Positions 60,448 through 64,000 of a DNA stretch of 64,000 bases are shown here, piece by piece. Source of the DNA: the human T2T-CHM13v2.0 reference genome, Homo sapiens; the NCBI RefSeq assembly GCF_009914755.1, contig NC_060933.1; one strand, written 5' to 3'. Positions within the stretch are counted from its first letter, which is position 1, and every line of letters begins with the position of its first letter. The position numbers were made by a program, and so were the translations under genes. A model generated the notes under the pieces. That model was not told the origin of the DNA. It saw only the letters and a list, made by a program, of their open reading frames with translations, and ran no database searches.

Positions 60448-60486
60448 CCTCTCTCTCTCTCTCTCTCTCTCTAGAAGTGTGTGTGT
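60448..60486 (+). repeat. (CT)n followed by (GT)n
   Basis: Direct sequence. Confidence 0.9.
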
Positions 60487-60705
60487 ACTGCTCTACTAAT
60501 TTTTCCTGATTGTTTTTTACCCAACCTTTGCTCATACATGAATAGATCATTAATCAACAAACCTATACTTAATAACATTACTAATAACATAGCAGAGAGT
60601 AGGAAGAAAACTTTCAATTATGCTTTTGTATTTTTATTTACTTGCTTTTATATTTTATTTTTCAATCCGTATGCCTTTAAAGGAATCATTTAAAGCCATT
60701 ATTCT

Positions 60706-61019
60706 GGCCAGGAGTGGTGGCGCACACCTATAACCCCAGCACTTTAGGGGGCAGAGGAAGGTGTATCACCTGAGGTCAGGAGTTTGAGACCAGCCTGACT
60801 AACATGATGAAACCCCATCTCTACTAAATACAAACAATTAGCCAGGGGTGGTGGCGGGTGCCTGTAATCTCAGCTACTTGAGTGGCTGAGGCAGGAGAAT
60901 CGCTTTAACCCAGGAGGCAGAGGTTGCAGTGAGCCAAGATCGAGCCATTGCACTCCAGCCTGGGCAACAAGAATGAAACTTCGTCTCAGAAAAAAAAAAA
61001 AAAAAAGAAAAGTAAAAGA
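60706..61019 (+). mobile_element. Alu (AluSq-like)
   Basis: gggcaacaagaatgaaact; TSD aaagccattatt. Confidence 0.96.
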
Positions 61020-62944
61020 AAGCCATTATTTGGAGGGTAAATGTAGCTAAAACTAGATAAGATTGTCTAGAAATACCTTTAATTTAAGATTTATAAGTTG
61101 TGATATCCCAATAACACTAAAAAACTTATTAGTGAGTATGAGCCTCTGAAACTCTTGAGTGGTAGATCTTTCTTCTTTAATCAGAATTCCTCTCATCAAG
61201 TGACATATTTGACACAGGATCATCTGACATAATAACTATGGGGGTTTTCAGTGTGAAGTCTTCTATTAATTATACACGAACTTTAACTTTTAAAAATACA
61301 TATATAGGGAGAGATATTGATATTGTATATTCTGTCCTCATTTCAGTGGACGTTCTCATAGTCTCTAGAATGCACTGACTCCACGTGGAGAGCACTGCTC
61401 TAATGTAAGCTTCTTGGCCTTGTCACAAGGTCAGTGATGTGAATGTTTATATCTTTCTTCAATTCTTCTGGGTTGATTGACCTCTGCATACGTAGACTTT
61501 ACCAGTTGAAAAATTTTGGTATTTTGCAAAAAAGCAAACCGAAGAGCAACAAAGAAAATTTTGTTTCTATGTTGCTTTCTTGTTCCTGGATCAATGTTAC
61601 CCCTCGGGTAGTAAACAAGAAAAAATGATTAAACTATGCCAACTTGCTTTGAAATATTGCAATTGCTGATATAATGTAATATCTTTGGCTTTTTTTCTTA
61701 TCTGCTATGAATAAATTACATAAGCAAATTTCTCTTCCTGCATTTTTCTTTCTTTCTATGGGATGGATAACATCAGTAAAGAGGTTAAATCAGCCTGTTT
61801 CTTCTGGGTATTCTTTTCTTCTTTGCAATTTGTATGAACCTCTTTACAATGACATATTTTTGAAATAATTCTGGCTTTCCTATTTTGATAAGAAATTAGC
61901 CAATTCTCAATATTCAGTTACATAATCATTTATTGACTATTAACTCTGTGTGAAGCGTATGTTAGAAATTAGAGATGAAAATGTGGTTGTAAAGCCCTTA
62001 TAGAACTGAGTCTGGTGAGAAAGACAAGTGCACAAACATGTAATACTAATAACATCTGCTATACGTATTCTACCATAAGAATAAAATGAAGGGAAGAATT
62101 AATTCTGCTTCAAAAGCAGAGAAAGCAGTTTTGTCTTGAATGATGAATAGCCATCTGCCAGGAAGTCAAGAAAAGCAGGAGAAACTACATGGGGTATTAA
62201 AAATACTTGGTTCCATATTATGTTTAATGAGTAAGGAAGGAAGAGAGAATGACTGAAAATGAAGTTCAGTACATTTAGAATTTTTTTATTCAAGTGTAAA
62301 AAACTTATACTCATTTAAATTGAGATGATTTATAATTTTATGAATAAATTATTTTATAGTTTTGGAGATATAATACAAATATAAGCTAGAGCTTTTTTGT
62401 TAAAGAACATAAAAATATTTCTGATTAACTTATTTATAAAATAAATTTGAAGGCAACTGGGTAGCTAAAAAAAAAAAAACTAAAGAGAATCATAAGATCT
62501 AAGAAAGGGCAGGCTGAAAACTTGTGTAGAAGGAAGTAATGTACATTTTCTTCAATATGTTTTCATTAGAATATCCCAGTTTCAAATAAGTTATATTGTT
62601 GTGTCTTTCTTGTAAAGTTTAACTTTCATGGGAGAAAGTGCCCAGTTGAATTAGCTTGGGTCATAGACTCACAATTTGACCAGGTAGAAACAGGGGCAGC
62701 CCACATGAGTCTGGGCAGGGTAGTTTTCCAAAAGACATTATTACCAAAAAAGGTTGGAAATAAAAATATACTTGGAAAAACAACACTTATTCACCCACTG
62801 CATTCCTTGGCTTCTCAACATAAACACAAAATCATTTTGTTTTATTTTAACAACTTACTTAGCATCCTTTCTATTTTATATATACATATGTGTATATATT
62901 TCATATTACTATATACTATTGTACTATCATGTCATATATGACAA

Positions 62945-62948
62945 ATAT

Positions 62949-62987
<39 letters not shown>
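62945..62987 (+). repeat. (TA)n microsatellite
   Basis: Direct sequence. Confidence 0.95.
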
Positions 62988-62989
<2 letters not shown>

Positions 62990-63080
62990 TCCTTCCCTCC
63001 CCAAAAGTCCGTCAACCCAAACTCCAAGTTTCTGCAGAAGCTTCACGATCTGTAAATGATGTGAATTCTTTTTGTTCTTT

Positions 63081-63642
63081 TTTAAAAAAATAATATTTTT
63101 AAGTTCTGGGGTACATGTGCAGGATGTGCAGATTTGTTACATAGGTCAACACGTGCCATGGTGGTTTGCTGCATCTGTCAACACATCATCTAGGTATTAT
63201 GTGGAAGATTGTATGGCGATTCCTTAAAGATCCAGGACCAGAAATACCATTTGACCCAGCAATCCCATTACTGGGTATATAGCCAAAGGAATATACATCA
63301 TTCTATTACAAGCATACATGCACGTGAATGTTCATCGCAGCACTATTCACAATAGCCACGACATGGAATCAACCCAAATGCCCATCAATGACAGACTGGA
63401 TAAAGAAACTGTGTACATAATCATCATGGAATACCATGCAGACATAAAAAGGAACGAGATCATGTCCTTTGCAGGGACATGGGTGGAGCTGGAAGCCATT
63501 ATCCTCAGCAAACTAACACAGGAACAGAAAACCAAACACCACATACTCTCACTTATAAGTAGGAGCTGAAGAATGAGAACACATGGACACAGAGAGAGGA
63601 ACATCACACACTGGGGTCTGTTGGGGAGTGGGTGGGGAGAGG
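63081..63642 (-). mobile_element. Short L1PA (L1PA10-13-like) with 5' inversion (63081-63199 minus strand; 63200-63642 plus strand)
   Basis: Strand switch at ctaggtatta|tgtggaag; TSD gttcttt at 63074-63080 and 63643-63649. Confidence 0.9.
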
Positions 63643-64000
63643 GTTCTTTATAGATATCTTACAGCAACATGTGTCTACAATCAGTGTTTCCTTTATTAGC
63701 AGTATAAAGAGGAAATATACACTAATTTTAGTAGAACCTGATAAGGAAACACCATAATACTTCCACAATTGTACAAATCTATAACTTGTATTTACAGTAT
63801 TCCTGCCCTTACTTTCCTCTTCCTCGTGTCTAATAACTTAGCTGTTTGAAATACTTTGCCTAAAACTATTTGAAAAAACTTGAAATAATCCAGCCTAAAT
63901 AACACTTTAGAATTTACAATCTTTTAAAATTTACAACTGCTATGTTAGTTTAAAATAGCATACCCCCAATCTTACATTTTTCTTTACTTTCTTTGTCTAA

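Overview
AT-rich, repeat-dense primate (human-like) non-coding DNA, either gene desert or deep intron. Roughly half of it is recognisable transposable element: LINE-1 of many ages, 11 Alus, MaLR/ERVL LTRs (THE1, MLT1, MLT2), MER4-group ERV1 LTRs, a 4-kb internally deleted two-LTR class I provirus, DNA-transposon MITEs and L2/MIR fragments. I found no credible cellular coding exon, RNA gene or CpG island. The longer ORFs in the track are L1 ORF1/ORF2 pieces, Alu or microsatellite read-through, or decayed gag. I cannot support a new biological system here. The items most worth checking are: (i) a tailless 1-kb L1PA patch at 43325-44350 that shares apparent private variants with an inverted L1 5 kb away; (ii) a provirus whose primer-binding site best matches elongator tRNA-Met and whose gag has an Ala-rich insert; (iii) several locally templated or fold-back insertion scars. 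Subfamily names and consensus comparisons come from recalled consensus sequences, not from a database search.
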